NCBI RefSeq assembly: GCF_009914755.1
Contig: NC_060936.1
Source: the human T2T-CHM13v2.0 reference genome, Homo sapiens
Length of the DNA: 64,000 bases
Direction: 5' to 3' (one strand)
The first letter of the stretch is position 1; the number at the start of each line of letters is the position of its first letter. The notes beneath the pieces were generated by a model. That model saw only the letters and a list, made by a program, of their open reading frames with translations. It was not told the origin of the DNA and made no database searches. A program made the translations under genes and the position numbers. Shown one piece after another: positions 1 to 13,072 of the stretch.

Positions 1-1344
1 TTTAATAAAGAAATAAAGCAGCTAAAACCTAATTATTTAACAAAAATCCTTAATACAAGTTTAGTATCTTCAGTTCTTATGTTGTACATTAGATTTCTAA
101 TCATGTTCACCATAAAAATCTTCTATGTGTTTTTATTTAAAGAATGACTAAAAACAGAACCCTCTTTAAGACTATCATTGCAGTTGAAAAGTAAAGAATG
201 GTTTAAACATAATGAACTATTAGACCATAAGCTGCTTTGTATCTTTAAAGAAATATACTGAGGTAACTTTGGACTGGCTAAAACAGCACAAGATGATCTA
301 GTACAGCAGTTTGCTACCTGTTACTAATGATATTTTAATGACCACTATAGCTCATTTAATCTGTCTGGTTCCTTCCAGCCAAGAATGCACCTCAGTTATC
401 TTTCATACGTATGTGTTCAATCAAATCAAACACATTTCTGACTCTCAAACATATTAGTACATATATTATTGTGTATTAGTAGCTCATGCCAAAATTTTAC
501 AAACTCCCTTTCCAACTGTGGCTTTTTATCGAGGAACTGAATTCCACCTTTGAGAGTAACTTGTTTGCTTTCTCCTATCTTGCTTTTAGAGAGTAGAACA
601 TCATGGAATTATAAATTTAAGATTTCTAATCTTATCTTGACTTTAGCTCCATGGAAAACCTTTCACTTGTATTTTGTAAATTTTCCTTCTGATTAGTCTC
701 TCCAATCCAATCCAAACCTATTTACTTTCCTTAACCTCAGCCTGACCTCACCCTAAACTCAGCAGATAACAATGCCTCTTCTTATCAGAGAAAGCAGTAA
801 CTCCTTCATCGTCCTCACTCTCTTACTGTAGGCTTACGTGTACACCACTTTCACTCTTAGAGCAAGAAAGAACTTTCTGTTCACTGCATCATGCACTGGA
901 CGATCAACCATTTAAAATGTCCTCTTTCATTTATTTAATTGAAGAAATCTCTGACTATACCTGGAATTTAAGTTTTCTTGCTCCTAAAACTACTCTGTCT
1001 CCTGAATTGTCCAAGTCAATGATGTTGCCTAGGCTTCTAGCTGAAAATCTTCTGGGCCTTCCTGACTTCTATGTTGCATGACTTGCCCCCGTTATTCCAT
1101 CCTCCTCCCATCCTAGAGGGATGATATAAACTCACCCATCTAGTAACTAAACACTATGAGTTCTATCTAAGAAATGGTTTTCAATTTTGTCCATTTCTTC
1201 ATTTCCACTGTCACTGCTTTCTTCTAGATTGCTTATAGTTGCTCAATTGAGCTTCAGCAACTATTTCCTAACTGGATATTCTTCATTAGTGTCTCTTTTT
1301 AGTCCAGGTCACTTTCTTCATGGCAGTGTAAGTTCATTTTGAAG

Positions 1345-1435
1345 AAAGGAAGAAGAGGAGAGAGGGAAAGGGGAGAGAGAGCACACATGCACGACAGAGA
1401 GAGAGAGAAAGAGAAAGAGAAAGAGAAAGAGAGAA
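1345..1435 (+). repeat. GA-rich simple repeat ((GA)n/(GAGAAA)n)
   Basis: Visible purine-only run gagagagagaaagagaaagagaaag. Confidence 0.85.
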
Positions 1436-1729
1436 AATTAATCACATTCTTCTGCTTAAAAAGTTTTTCTGGTATCTTGTCTTCAGGAAAACATGTAATT
1501 TTTTTGGCTTACTCCAGATTGTCTTTCACATTCTCTAGTGAATTTCTCATTATGCTGTCATGATCCTATTCCTTGATATGTACCCTACTGCTCTTCTCAA
1601 GAAAAGTCTTGGTGTTTTTTGGCCAAGCCAGGTGTGTTGACAAATTTATGGCCTCTGCTATGTTCCCTCTGCCACTACGACCTGCACTTTTTCATCAGAC
1701 ATATTCTGCTCAACTTTTCCATTTCCAGC

Positions 1730-2109
1730 TGTATTAGTCCATTCTCACACTGCTGTAAAGACATAATTACAACACTGGGTAATTTATAAAGAAAAGAAGT
1801 TTAATTGGCTCACAGTTCCACGTGGTTGGGGAGACCTCAGGAAACTTATAATCATGGTGGAAATAAAAGGGGAAGCAAAGACCTTTCTCACATGGTGGTA
1901 GGAGAGAGAGAGAGCGTGTGTGAGGGTGCAGGAAAAACTGCCATTTATAAAATCATCAGATCTCATGAGAATTCACTCACTATCATGAAAACAGCACGGG
2001 GGAAACCACCCCCATAATCCAGTCACTTCCCACCAGGTCTCTCCCTCAACACCCAGGCATTACAATTCACGATGAGATTTGGGTGGGAACACAAAGCCTA
2101 ACCACATCA
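1730..2109 (-). mobile_element. ERVL-MaLR solo LTR (THE1D/MSTA-like)
   Basis: Starts tgtattagtccattctcacactgct and ends ...cctaaccacatca, the reverse complement of THE1/MST termini; perfect 5-bp TSD CCAGC at 1725-1729 and 2110-2114. Confidence 0.93.
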
Positions 2110-2455
2110 CCAGCTCAAATGCTGCATTCTTAGGGAAGCCTTTTCTAACATCTTCAGGCAGCATTTTGAAACCCTTTATGCTCTCATACCACGTATTCAT
2201 ATCTCTATTTTACTTAATTTTGAATTGCAATGTATCTGTTTCAATAATCAGCTGTTTTTTATAGCATCCTGTTTATACCTGTGCCTTAAAGTTTGTTAAT
2301 ACTGTAATCACTTCTTTATATTCTAAATCTCCACTAGAGTGTGAGCAGTTTTAGGCAGGGTCTGTATCTGTCTTCTTTATTTCTTTATCCCCAGAAACTA
2401 TCATAAATTTAGTACATAGCAAATGTTCATATGTATTTGTGGAATAAAAGAATCC
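2110..2455 (+). mobile_element. L2 LINE relic (3' end), interrupted by the MaLR LTR
   Basis: Degenerate L2 motifs ccagctcaaatgc...agggaagccttttct and ccactagagtgtgagc...ggcagggtctgtatctgtc...atttgtggaataaa. Confidence 0.6.
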
Positions 2456-2917
2456 ATTCATTTCTCTCCATTCTTTTCTACAGAGAGAAGGGGTCTTTTC
2501 TCCCTATTTTTGCTTTTTCTTAGTATCTATGCCTGTCACATAAGATGCATTCATACATGTTTATTGAATGAATTATCTGTGGCTGCATTGCAAATTTATT
2601 TCTTTGAACTGGTTTTTCAGAAAGAATAATACTTAATTTAAGAGCTAAAGACATGAAAAAAATTTTCATTGATGTAACTTGGTCAACTACATTCTTTATA
2701 CATCTCAATTTTTCTGAGTCTCCTCTTAAGGACAATCTTTGAATTTTAGAGCCATTGAGATGACTAAATCAGTAATTGTGAGATCATTACTTTACTCCCC
2801 ATTACATTTTTAAACCTATTTTAAGTACAATAAATTCTACAGGCACTTAATTTTGGAAGTAATGCATGGCAAGAGGTTAAATAATCAGTGAAAAGAGAGG
2901 ACAATGCTCTGACTCAC

Positions 2918-3166
2918 AAATACCATTCCTTTTTATCAATTATTCTGGCTCCTGGAGGTCTTCTCTTTATAGTTTGACCTATGAGTTGTGTAAGTTTGGC
3001 AGAATAACAATGTGCTGATGCACATACAACATCAAGTGAAATCATCTCATGGGAAGAACATGATATTTTGTTGTATAGCTTATGGAATTTTGTAAGAAGT
3101 ACATTTTGTTTCTTTGTCATAGCTTCAAAACATTTTTTTCTTCTTATATAGGTTGATTCCTCCAAA
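2918..3166 (-). other. Candidate 249-nt coding exon (phase 2-2), unidentified gene or pseudogene
   Basis: Minus-strand acceptor tctttttattttag| (AG at 3168-3167) and donor |gtgagt (GT at 2917-2916) exactly bracket a stop-free frame, LEESTYIRRKKCFEAM...RRPPGARIIDKKEWY; no repeat similarity noticed. Confidence 0.5.
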
Positions 3167-3364
3167 CTAAAATAAAAAGATTTTCTTTATATCTTGTATA
3201 TTGTCAGGCTAATTATTTCTAACAACCAACATATATTTATTGAATATTTACCATGTACCCATTACTGCAGAAGACTTAAAAGCAATGTCATATAAATCCA
3301 AGTTTCTGACCTCCTCCAGGGGCTGATAGTTTTCTTAGAGACACAATATCTTGCCATAAAATCA

Positions 3365-3487
3365 CCCTTCCTTCCTTCCTTCTTTCCTTTCTTCCTTCCT
3401 TCTTTTCTTCCTTCCCTCCTTCCTCCCTTACTTTCTCCCTTCCTTCCTTCTTTCCCTCCTCCTTCTCTTTCTCCTCTTCCTTTTTCC
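3365..3487 (+). repeat. (CCTT)n-like pyrimidine low-complexity tract
   Basis: Directly visible. Confidence 0.85.
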
Positions 3488-4629
3488 TAATTAGAGGATT
3501 CTATTTGTGTTTTAGTATATATTTATATTTAGGACATTGGAGTATAATATTTACTTTAACTCCTTCAATCTTTATCTAACACTCAGCTATTTTTGAGTTC
3601 TGCAGAAGGAAATGAATCATCATCTGGAAAAACTGATTTCCTTCCCACGGTCCTAGAGACAAATCGAAATGACCAGTCCCAATAAAAAATTGACTATTTT
3701 TCCATCTAACATTAAATTATGGTCTAAAATTGGGAGATAAGAGTATGACACATAAATATAAATAAACAAAAGTGTATATTCATTTTGCATGGAACTACTC
3801 AAATTTGCAACTCAATCTTTAGAAATAAAAATGGTTTAAGAAAAGTTTAGGTTTTCTCAGAAAGAGTGTCAGTAATTTTGGCCTTAGGGTGAATTGACCT
3901 AATCAAAATTACTTCCTCTAATTTACCACTATTAACAGCACTGCCTTCACAAACTGACATACTACACCAGTTGAGAGGTATGTGACAGCTTTGTTACTGG
4001 TGATACTGCTACTAATGCTAGTAATAATTATACTTTAAAATTAGAGATAATTCATGTTTTAGGCCAATATCCCTTTTCATCTTCTGCATCCTGAAATAGT
4101 TTCTTGAGAGAAGAGGAAAGAGTTGTAGCTCTCATGCTTGGAATGCCCATGGGAGTGTGAGGCAGACTCAAATTTCAGCTGGTACATGTGTCACAGTTGA
4201 ACATGTTGCAAGTCGTAAGTGAACATCCTGAAACTTTGAAAAGAAAGTATGAGAGTAATTTTGGAGAATGGGATAGTGACTAAATGAGGCAAACATGGGA
4301 GAAGAGAGCAAATAGAGAGTATAAGGGTGGATGCCTTGATAAAGAGACCAAAAGCAAAGAAAGGAATACCAAAAGAGTTAGAAAACCATTGAAACAAATA
4401 GACTACTTAATAATTTTAATTGAAGCAGGACTTGCCATTTTTTGGAAGATGACTTTTGACTACTGCTTCCTTTTCTTTCATGATATTAGTTGTTTTTTAC
4501 TTGGATAAGTTTTGATCACTTTTTTTCAAAAAATTTTCTAGATTTCAACATGCACATACCAGGTTGTAGGTAGTCAGTAGAATGGATAGAGAAATCTCTG
4601 GCATTTCCAGACAAGAGATTTGCAGAGCA

Positions 4630-4910
4630 GCTCAGTAAGGTTCTGGAGCAAGGCTATGCCTTCTGAGGCATTGCAAGCAGAGCCTGTTGGACACTTAAAA
4701 AGCAACTCTTGGCGCACTGCTGGGCTCTAGCAGAGAGTGCGCTGGCCCATGGGATATCAGGTCATGATGCAACTTGTTATGATCTGACCCACAGAGTCAT
4801 GAGGTTGCGCAGGTGCGGTAGTGATCCATTAGACTATGGAAATAGTTCTTTTGAGGTCAGGCCTGGCCAAACAAGCGGCCAAGACCTGCATGTCACCTAT
4901 GTCACAGCAA
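4630..4910 (+). mobile_element. ERVL internal (pol RT/RNase H region) relic
   Basis: ttctggagcaaggctatgcc...aaaagcaactcttggcgcactgctgggctct...gttatgatctgacccac resembles ERVL pol (FWSKAMP...EKQLLACYWAL...SDPPSH). Confidence 0.65.
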
Positions 4911-5039
4911 TGAGACCTTCGTCTTTTTCTGAATTTCATAACAATGTTTTCAGAATTTTAGTGTTATGATGGCCTTTTCATTTTGATACATAGCTAAACA
5001 TAAGGTCAAGAATATTTCCTGCAAGACCTATTATAATAA

Positions 5040-5500
5040 CATTTAAAAAACAGTAATGGTTGGCAGATTATCAAATGCCTTTTTGACCTGGGTGAAGATG
5101 ACTCAAATTTTTCCTTTTGACCCAATATTAAGGAAATGATATTAATAGATTTCTTAAAATTAAATCTTTCTATTATCCCTGAAATTAATTCCCCTTTATT
5201 ATACAATATTATTCCTTTAATAGGCAGGTGAGTTCTATTTGCTAATATGTTATTTAAAAGTTTTGGAGTGATATGGTGTTTGAACTGTAGTTTTCTTTTT
5301 TCATACTCTTTGTTATGCAGATTTTAGAATTTTTCTTTCTTTCTCTATCATCTGAAATATTTAAAATAGTATCAAACCTCTGTTCCTTAAAGTTTTGATA
5401 GAATTTGCTAGGGATGAGTTGAAATATTTGCATTTTGACTATTAATAAACTTTCTGAATGCATTAAGTAGATCCTTTCACTGTAACGAATACTTTTATTA
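5040..5500 (-). mobile_element. Ancient L1 (L1M/L1ME) ORF2 fragment
   Basis: Minus strand reads like degenerate KILNKILANRIQ...[18 protein letters not shown]. Confidence 0.55.
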
Positions 5501-6629
5501 GAAACACAATTAGTTTCTTTAGGAATTTAAACAAAATTGAACAAAATCTTTACTTTCAGAAAACATTATTATAAAAGTTTATAATAATGGCATAATAACT
5601 GAGATTAAATAAAATACATCCTACTAAATTGGAAAAAAATCTTAAAAATCAGAACTCCAACACTATGTATGATTCCTAGAACAAAACTGTGAGGCAGATA
5701 AGTCTAGAGCTTCAGAAACATATGTAGTTTTCAGCACGGTGGTTACATGGACTTGTCCAAGACTATAAAGAAATCACCATCACTGAAATTTTCTAAATAT
5801 TAGGAGGCAATAATACATACTTGCTGTATGCTGTAAGTATTTTGTTCTTTTCCCTGACAGAGATACTATGAATAAAGGAGTTCTGGTCAGGGTCAGATAA
5901 ACCTATCTTCAGGTTTCTCTGTTAGCCTGTGTTTACCACTAAACTTTGAGAATTTGCTTTGAAATATGGAAAGTATTATAACTAAAGTGGAAAGAGTAAT
6001 TTAGTGTAGAAATAAAAAGTTTAATACTTATGCCTCTACTTTGTAAATGTGTGTTCTCGAGCACTCCATTCACGAGTTTCTGCATAAAAATGGGAAAGTA
6101 CTGGCTAAACGTACATTACAGTTTTTGTGAGGATTGTGTGAAGTAGATATGAAAAAATTTTATTATGATGCTCTTTTCACCTTCATCTATTTATTAATTT
6201 AAACAATAATATTTAGAATAATAAAACAATAATTTTTAGAGTAAGTTAATTAAAACAATAGATATAACAATAAAACATTTACTAAAATTTGTGACATTTT
6301 ACTCAGCTATGATTAGAAGAGAAAAATGAAAAGCAAAAATGGAAAAAATAAAGGCTCAGAAAAGAAACAAGTTATGCTATATTTACCTCTCCCAAAAGAG
6401 ACTGAAGCTGAAGTGGGCTCACCTGTTGTGTCTGGACACAAATTATATTTATATTGTATATTTTGTGTGCCTGAACCTTGCACATACCAGTATGTATACA
6501 CAGACACATCTATTATATAACCTCAACTTCATTGGTTATAAGATTTTTTTGTAAACATTTTTTGCTTTAAACAAAGAATTCACAAATCTATTCACCAGTG
6601 CCTTTCCCCCTCATTTCTTTTCTTCCTTT

Positions 6630-6985
6630 AAAATTTCGTTTTTATTTTTGTGATAAATTGTACATTAGACATATGAATTATTAAAGAATAATAATAATGT
6701 GAATATTAAGAAATAGGACCCTGTTAATAGTATGGAAACTCTGATGTGCTCCTCTCAATCATACTTTCCGCTCTCACTTGCCAGAGGTAACCAAGAGAAG
6801 AATTCTGTTACTTCCTTGTTTGTTATTGTTGTTTTTTTAAACAGATTTATTGCATGTTAATGTAATCTCAGAACAACACATTACTGAAATTGGGCTACTT
6901 TAAACTTTATATTAAAATTGTAATGCATACATTTCTATTTTATCTTTTATCTTGCTCAATTCTATAGATTTTAAAGTCATTCATG
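6630..6985 (-). mobile_element. Old L1ME 3' end relic; host element continues about 7900-8700 and 10745-11800
   Basis: ccagaggtaacca and related L1ME 3'-UTR motifs; T-rich antisense ORF2 remnants downstream. Confidence 0.5.
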
Positions 6986-6987
6986 TG

Positions 6988-7883
6988 ACAGCAACAAAAA
7001 AGCAATCCAGGTAAAAAATGGGCAAAGAACTTAATTAGCTATTTCTTTAGAGAAGTTATACAAATGACCAACAAGCATATGAAAAGATGTTCAACATCTC
7101 TAATCATTAGGGAAATGCAAATCAAAGACAAAATGAGATATCACCTCATGCCTATCAGGATGGCTACTATCAAAAAACAAACAAACAAATCCCGGAAAAT
7201 AACAAGTGTTGTCAATCAAATTAAAGAAGTTAGATGATTTGTGCACTGTTGGTGGGAATGTAAAAAATTAGGCAGCTGCTATAGGGAACAGTATGGCAGT
7301 TCCTCAAAAAATTAAAAATATAATTATCATATGATTCAGCAATTCCACTTCTGGATATATGCCCAAAATAATTCAAACCAAGTTCTTGAAGAGATATTTG
7401 GACACACATGTTCATAGCAGCGTTATTCACAATAGCCAAAAGATGGAAGCAGCCCAAGTGTCCATCAATGGATGAACGGATTTGAAAAATGTGGCATATA
7501 CATACAATGGAATATTATTCAGCCTTTTTTAAAGAAAGGAAATTATGAAACATGCTTCATGTATGAACCTTGAGTATATTATGCTGAGTGAAATAAGCCA
7601 GTCACCAAAACACAAATACTATACAATTTTACTCATATGAGGTACCTAAAGTAGTCAAATTCATACAGATAGAAAGTAGAAAGGTGATTGCCAGGCACTG
7701 GGGGGAAGGGGAAATAGAGAATTGTTTAATGGGTTATAGAGTTTCAGTTTTGCAAGATGAGAAGAATTCTAGAGATTGGTTACATAACACTATGAATGTA
7801 TTTAATATTACTGAACTGGGATGATTAAAAATGGTTAAGATGAGAAACTTTATGTGATATATATTTTACCATAATTTTAAAAA
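6988..7883 (+). mobile_element. L1MB-type 3' fragment
   Basis: aaaatgggcaaagaacttaa...atgaaaagatgttcaacatc...cagcaattccacttctggatatat...gagtttcagttttgcaagatga...ttttaccataattttaaaaa. Confidence 0.85.
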
Positions 7884-8708
7884 GTCATACATATATATGT
7901 GTATGCAATACCATCATTATATTTCTGCAAATGTAATTATTTATTCTGGGGACTATTTTGCTTGTTTTGAGATCTCGTTGTCTTTTTACTCTCTTTATAA
8001 GTTTTTTGTTGAAATAAATTATTAATTTCAATATAGCCAAATTTACCAAACTTTTCTTTTATGATTGCCACTTAAAAATCTTTCCTCAATAAATATTTCC
8101 CCGCCTTGAAGTCATAAAACATTTTCCTTATTATTAAGTATATTAAAGTTTTAAAAAAAATTCTATTTAAGTCTTTGATCTATCTAAAATTCATTTTTTG
8201 TGAAGCAGGATATTTATTTCTTTATTTTTCCTATATAAATAACTAAATGTCTCTGCAGCATTTATTGAACAGCCCCTCCTTTCCCACTGATTCGCATTTC
8301 CAATTCTGTCACGTATCCCATTTCTATGAGTGTATTTTTGGAACTTTCATTTCTCTTCCATTGATCAAATTTCTATCTCTGTATCCCAGCCATTTTCTTA
8401 ATTCCTTTGATTTTTTAAATCTCAAAAGTTACATTTTCTAATGTGTGTTGCTGGTGTATATAAACTTAGTTGGATTTGTATATTGATTTAGTGTAAGACA
8501 GCATGACTAAACTCTTTAATTAATTTGGTAATTTTTTCATAGATTATTTGAGGTCTTATATTTACAGAATGAGATCACTTGGTAATAATGATAACTTTTC
8601 CTCCCTTCATAAAGCTTATACTTTTTTCATATTTTTTCATCTCTTATAGTGCAGGGGCTTCAATTTAATATTGAATAGAAGATGGCATCTTGGTCTTGTT
8701 TCTATTTT

Positions 8709-10742
8709 CTTTTTTCCTTTAAAGAAAATATTTTAGATTCAGGGGTACATGTATAAGTTTCTTATACGTGTAAACTCATGACTCAGGGGTTTGGTATACA
8801 GATTATTTCATCACCTGGGTACTAAGCGTAGTACCTCACAGTTTTTTTTTTTTCCCCGAACCTCTCCCTCCTCCCACTCTTCTCCCTCAAGTAGGCCCCA
8901 GGATCTGTTGTTCCCCTCTTTCTGTCCATGTGTCTTCATCATTTAGCTGCCACTTACAAATAAGAACGTGCAGTATTTTGTTTCTGTTCCTGTGTTAGTT
9001 TGTTAAGGATAATGGCCTTCAGTTACATCCATGTTCCTGCAAAGGACGTAATCTCATTCTTTTTAATGGCTGCATAGTATTCTGTGGTATATATGTACTC
9101 CATTTTCTTTATCCAGTCTATTGTTGATGGGCATTTAGGTTGATTCCTTGTCTTTGCTATTGTGACTAGTGCTACGATGCACATACACGTGCATGTGTCT
9201 TTATAACTGAACAATTTATATTCCTTTGGGCATGTACCCAATAATGGGATTGCTGGGTCAAATGGTAATTCTGTTTTAAGTTCTTTGAGGAATCACTACA
9301 CTGTTTTCCACAATGGCTGAACTAATTTACACTCCCACCAGCAGCGTATAAGCATTCCCTTTTCTCTGCAACCTCACCAACATCTGCTATTTTTATGACT
9401 TTTTAACAAAAGCCATTCTGACTGGTGTGAAATGTTATCTCATTGTGGTTTTAATTTGTATTTCCTAATGATTAGTGAGATTGAGCCCTCTTTCATACGC
9501 TTGTTGGCCACACGTATGTCTTCTTTTGAAAAGTGTGTGTTCATGTCCTTTGTTTTTTAACTGGGTTCTTTGTTTTTTGTTTGTACAGTTGTTTAAGTTC
9601 TTTGTAGATTCTGGATATTAGGCATTTAGCATATGTTAATTTGCAAATATTTTCTCTCATTCTGTAGACTGCCTGTTTACTCTGTTGATAGTTTCTTTTG
9701 CTGTGCAGAAGCTCTTTAGTTTAATTAGGTCGCATTTGTCAATTTTTGCTTTTATTGCAATTGGTTTTGACATTTTCATCATGAAATCTTTGCTAGTTCC
9801 TGTGTCTAAAATGGTATTTCCTAGGTTGTCTTCCGTGGGTTTTATAGCTTTCAGTTTTATATTTAGGTCTTTAATCCATCTTGAGTTGATTTTTATATAA
9901 GGTGTAAAAAGGGGTCTAGCTTCAATCTTCTGTATATAGCTAGCCATTCATCCCAGCATCATTAATTGAATAAGCATTCCTTTCCCCATGGCTTTTTGTA
10001 AGCTTTGTCAAAGCTCAGATGGATTCAGGTGTGTGGCTTTATTTCTGAGCTCTGTATTCTATTCCGTTGGTCTATTGATCTGTTTTTGTACCAGCAACAT
10101 GCTGTTTTGGTTTCTGTAGCCTTGTAGTACAGTTTGAAGTTGGGCAGTACGATTCCTTCAGCTTTGATCTTTTTGCTTAGGATTGCCTTGGGTATTCAGG
10201 CTCTTTTTTGGTTCCACATGAATTTACAGTTTTTTTCTAGTTCTGTGAAGAATGCTATTGGTAGTTTGATAGGAATAGCATTGCGTCTGTAAATTACTTT
10301 GGACAGTATGACCATTTTAATGATAGTGACTTTTCCTATTCATGAACATGAAATATTCATCTATTTGTCTGTGTCATTTCTGATTTCTTTGAGCAGTGTT
10401 CTATAATTCTCATTGTAGAGATCTTTCACTTCCCTAGTTAGCTGTATTCCCAGATATTTTATTCTTTTCATGGCAATAGTCAGTGTGATTGTGTTCCTGA
10501 TTTGGCTCTCAGCTTGGGTGCTGTTGGTGTACATGAATGCTACTGATTTTTGCACATTGATTTTGTATCCTGAGATTTTGCTGAAGTTGTTTATCAGCTC
10601 AAGGAGCTTTTGGGCAGAAACCATGGGGTTTTATAGTTACAGAATTATGTCTTCTGCAAACAGTGATAGTTTGACTTCTTCTCTTCAAATTTAGATGTCT
10701 TTTATTTCTTTCTCTTGTCTGATTGCTCTGGCCAGGACTTCC
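8709..10742 (-). mobile_element. 5'-truncated L1PA15/16-like element, about 2 kb, nested in an older L1
   Basis: ORF2 C-terminal peptides in ORF track (9023-9241, 9657-9947, 10361-10624); L1PA15/16-type 3' UTR; degenerate TSD tcttgtt(t/c)cta(t/a)ttt at 8694-8708 and 10743-10757. Confidence 0.9.
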
Positions 10743-10877
10743 TCTTGTTCCTAATTTTTAAGAAAATGCATTAACATTTTATTATTATATATGATGTTTG
10801 CTGTAGCTATTTTTACATATACCTTCTATTATATTAAAACAGTTTTCTCTATTCATTGTTTGCTAAGAATTATTCTC

Positions 10878-11165
10878 GGCCAGGCATGGTGGCTCATGCC
10901 TGTAATCCCAGCACTTTGGGAGGCCGAGGCAGGTGGATCACCTGAGGTCAGGAGCTCGAGACCAACATGGTCAACACGGTGAAACCCCGTCTCTACTAAA
11001 AATATAAAAATTAGCCGGGCATGGTGGCGGGCACCTGTAATCTCATCTACTCGGGAGACAGACTCAGGAGAATTGCTGGAACCCAGGAGGCGGAGGTTGC
11101 AGTGAGCCGAGATCGAGCCATAGCACTCCAGCCCGAGCTGACAACAGTGAGACTGTCAAAAAAAA
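10878..11165 (+). mobile_element. Full-length AluS (Sq-like)
   Basis: Dimeric Alu with A-tail; perfect 13-bp TSD aagaattattctc at 10865-10877 and 11166-11178. Confidence 0.96.
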
Positions 11166-11869
11166 AAGAATTATTCTCATCTGTGTATGTTGATTGATAT
11201 TTAATGTTAATTTTTTAGTTGACAATTACATAATTTTCTCATTTAATCTGTTAAAGGAGATTATTTTATGGTGAATTATATTAATTATCTAATGTTAAGA
11301 AAACTTGGTCATTATATATTATCTTTTATATACATTTCTGGATTTGATTTTTTACATTTTTCTTAGGACACTTCACTAATTACATTGGTCTTTTTTTGTA
11401 GTGTCTTTGGTTATTCTGTCAAAGTTCCGGTAGCCATCTAAAATGAGTTGTGATGTTTTCTCTATCTATTCTCTGGAAAAATTTCTTTAAAATTCAGATC
11501 AATCATTCTGTATTTTCTGCGAAGGAAAATTTCAAATAATGAATTCATTTTCTTTTATATTTACAGTTGATTTTTCTAACCATTTGTGCAATGGCTTTGA
11601 AGTTTATTTTGACTGAAATTAGCATAGGCTTCTTTTGGTTAATATTTGCAGTTTTCATGTTTCATTCTTTCAAATGTTTTCCAAACTAAAGTTCCCTTTC
11701 ATATATATTATTGTTTATTTGTACTGTTTTTACTTTTTCTGAATTAATATTACCAGAAATTATTTATTTTATTAGTCTTCTCAGTCTCTTTATGTAATCT
11801 TTTGTCGAAATAAATACTCAGCCATATTTCTGGTTTTTATTTTGTTTTGTTTTAGGTGCAAGAAAGGCT

Positions 11870-12195
11870 TATACCCATACCCTAGAAGTTAAGTATGGCC
11901 ATGTGATTCACATTGGCCAATGAAACATAAGAATATGTGACTGTATCACCCCCAGATGTGCAAATCTCCATGTTCTCTTTCCTTGCTATGGCAAATGCTG
12001 AACTCCTTGTTGAGATTGAAAGAGATAGTAGGGCCTCTGGCAGCCTGAAACCCTCAGTGACTTCAATGAGTAGAACCTCCCTAATAACTCCTGGTGCTAT
12101 GAAATATAAGTTAGAAATAAAGCTTTTGTTACTTTTAGGCACTGTTATCTTGGTGGTATTTGTGTCATAGCATAACTAGCCTATCCTGACTCTGG
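11870..12195 (+). mobile_element. Old MaLR LTR (MLT1J/K-like)
   Basis: ggccatgtgattcacattggccaatgaaa...gaaataaagcttttgtt...tagcataactagcctatcctgact. Confidence 0.65.
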
Positions 12196-13072
12196 AATAA
12201 CATATTAACATTTATTATGACTTATGGTGGGATATGGATTTTATTATATTATTTAATATACTTTTCCATATGTTTGGACAATTTCAATATTTAAAATTAA
12301 ATTAAAAATAGTATTTTAAAATGTTTTCATAGCTACATATATTTGGTCTATTTTAAAGCATAGGAAATTTTAGGCTTGGGTTAAACAACTTGTTTCTGAG
12401 CCAAATGGCAAAGTGAATCCCTAAGTATTTAATTCAAAATTCTTATGATTATAGCCCATTAAACAGACCTTTATTTTCTTTACTTGAATTCAAATTCTTT
12501 GTGTCCCTTAACACAGAAGTTTACTAATTAGTGGCCTTTCCTGGTTTCTGGTCTCAGAATCCTGGCCCTGGATCAAATACTGAGAGAGACACTATTAACC
12601 TGCTATAATCCCTGCAATAAAACATGTGGGAAAGGATCAGGGATCACTGCTCTGAACTACATTTCATATTATATTCATCTGATAGTTGATTTTCAAGGCC
12701 ATCAGAAAGCTTAGAAGTCAGCACGCTACAGACCTTCGGCAGTATTATCTGTGCATTTCACAGCCTCATTCACTCTAGACTGGTTTTTATGTTATTCTCT
12801 AAGCTTTGAGAATTTCCATGGTAAGTAGGTGCTAGAAATGCTAGAAATGTGGACTGACAGAAATTCCTCACAGAAAGCTTTCCCAAAGTCCAATCAGAAA
12901 TAAGCTTATCAGAAACAATCAGAAATTCTTGTGTCTTTTCTGAACTAGTAGGTAGAGTTTTAGAGGTCATTTCTTTTTTTGACCCATTTGCTAAGAATCA
13001 TCTTTTGTAGAGCACAGGCTTTATGTAGTACTTTATGTTTTTTGTGAAATAGGAAAACACCAGTGTCTAGAT

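Noticed and set aside
1339-1563. Charged low-complexity ORF (similar cases at 51799-51987, 18820-19065, 40511-40702)
   Set aside because: Translations of microsatellite or low-complexity tracts
6423-6530. Resemblance to a PLAT/LH2 domain start (V.V.TG...G.GT)
   Set aside because: Needs a frameshift and rests on a handful of residues; not supportable without an HMM search
12340-12625. Strong minus-strand acceptor (cctttcccacatgttttattgcag) as a coding exon start
   Set aside because: All three frames reach stops within about 20 codons and no convincing donor was found
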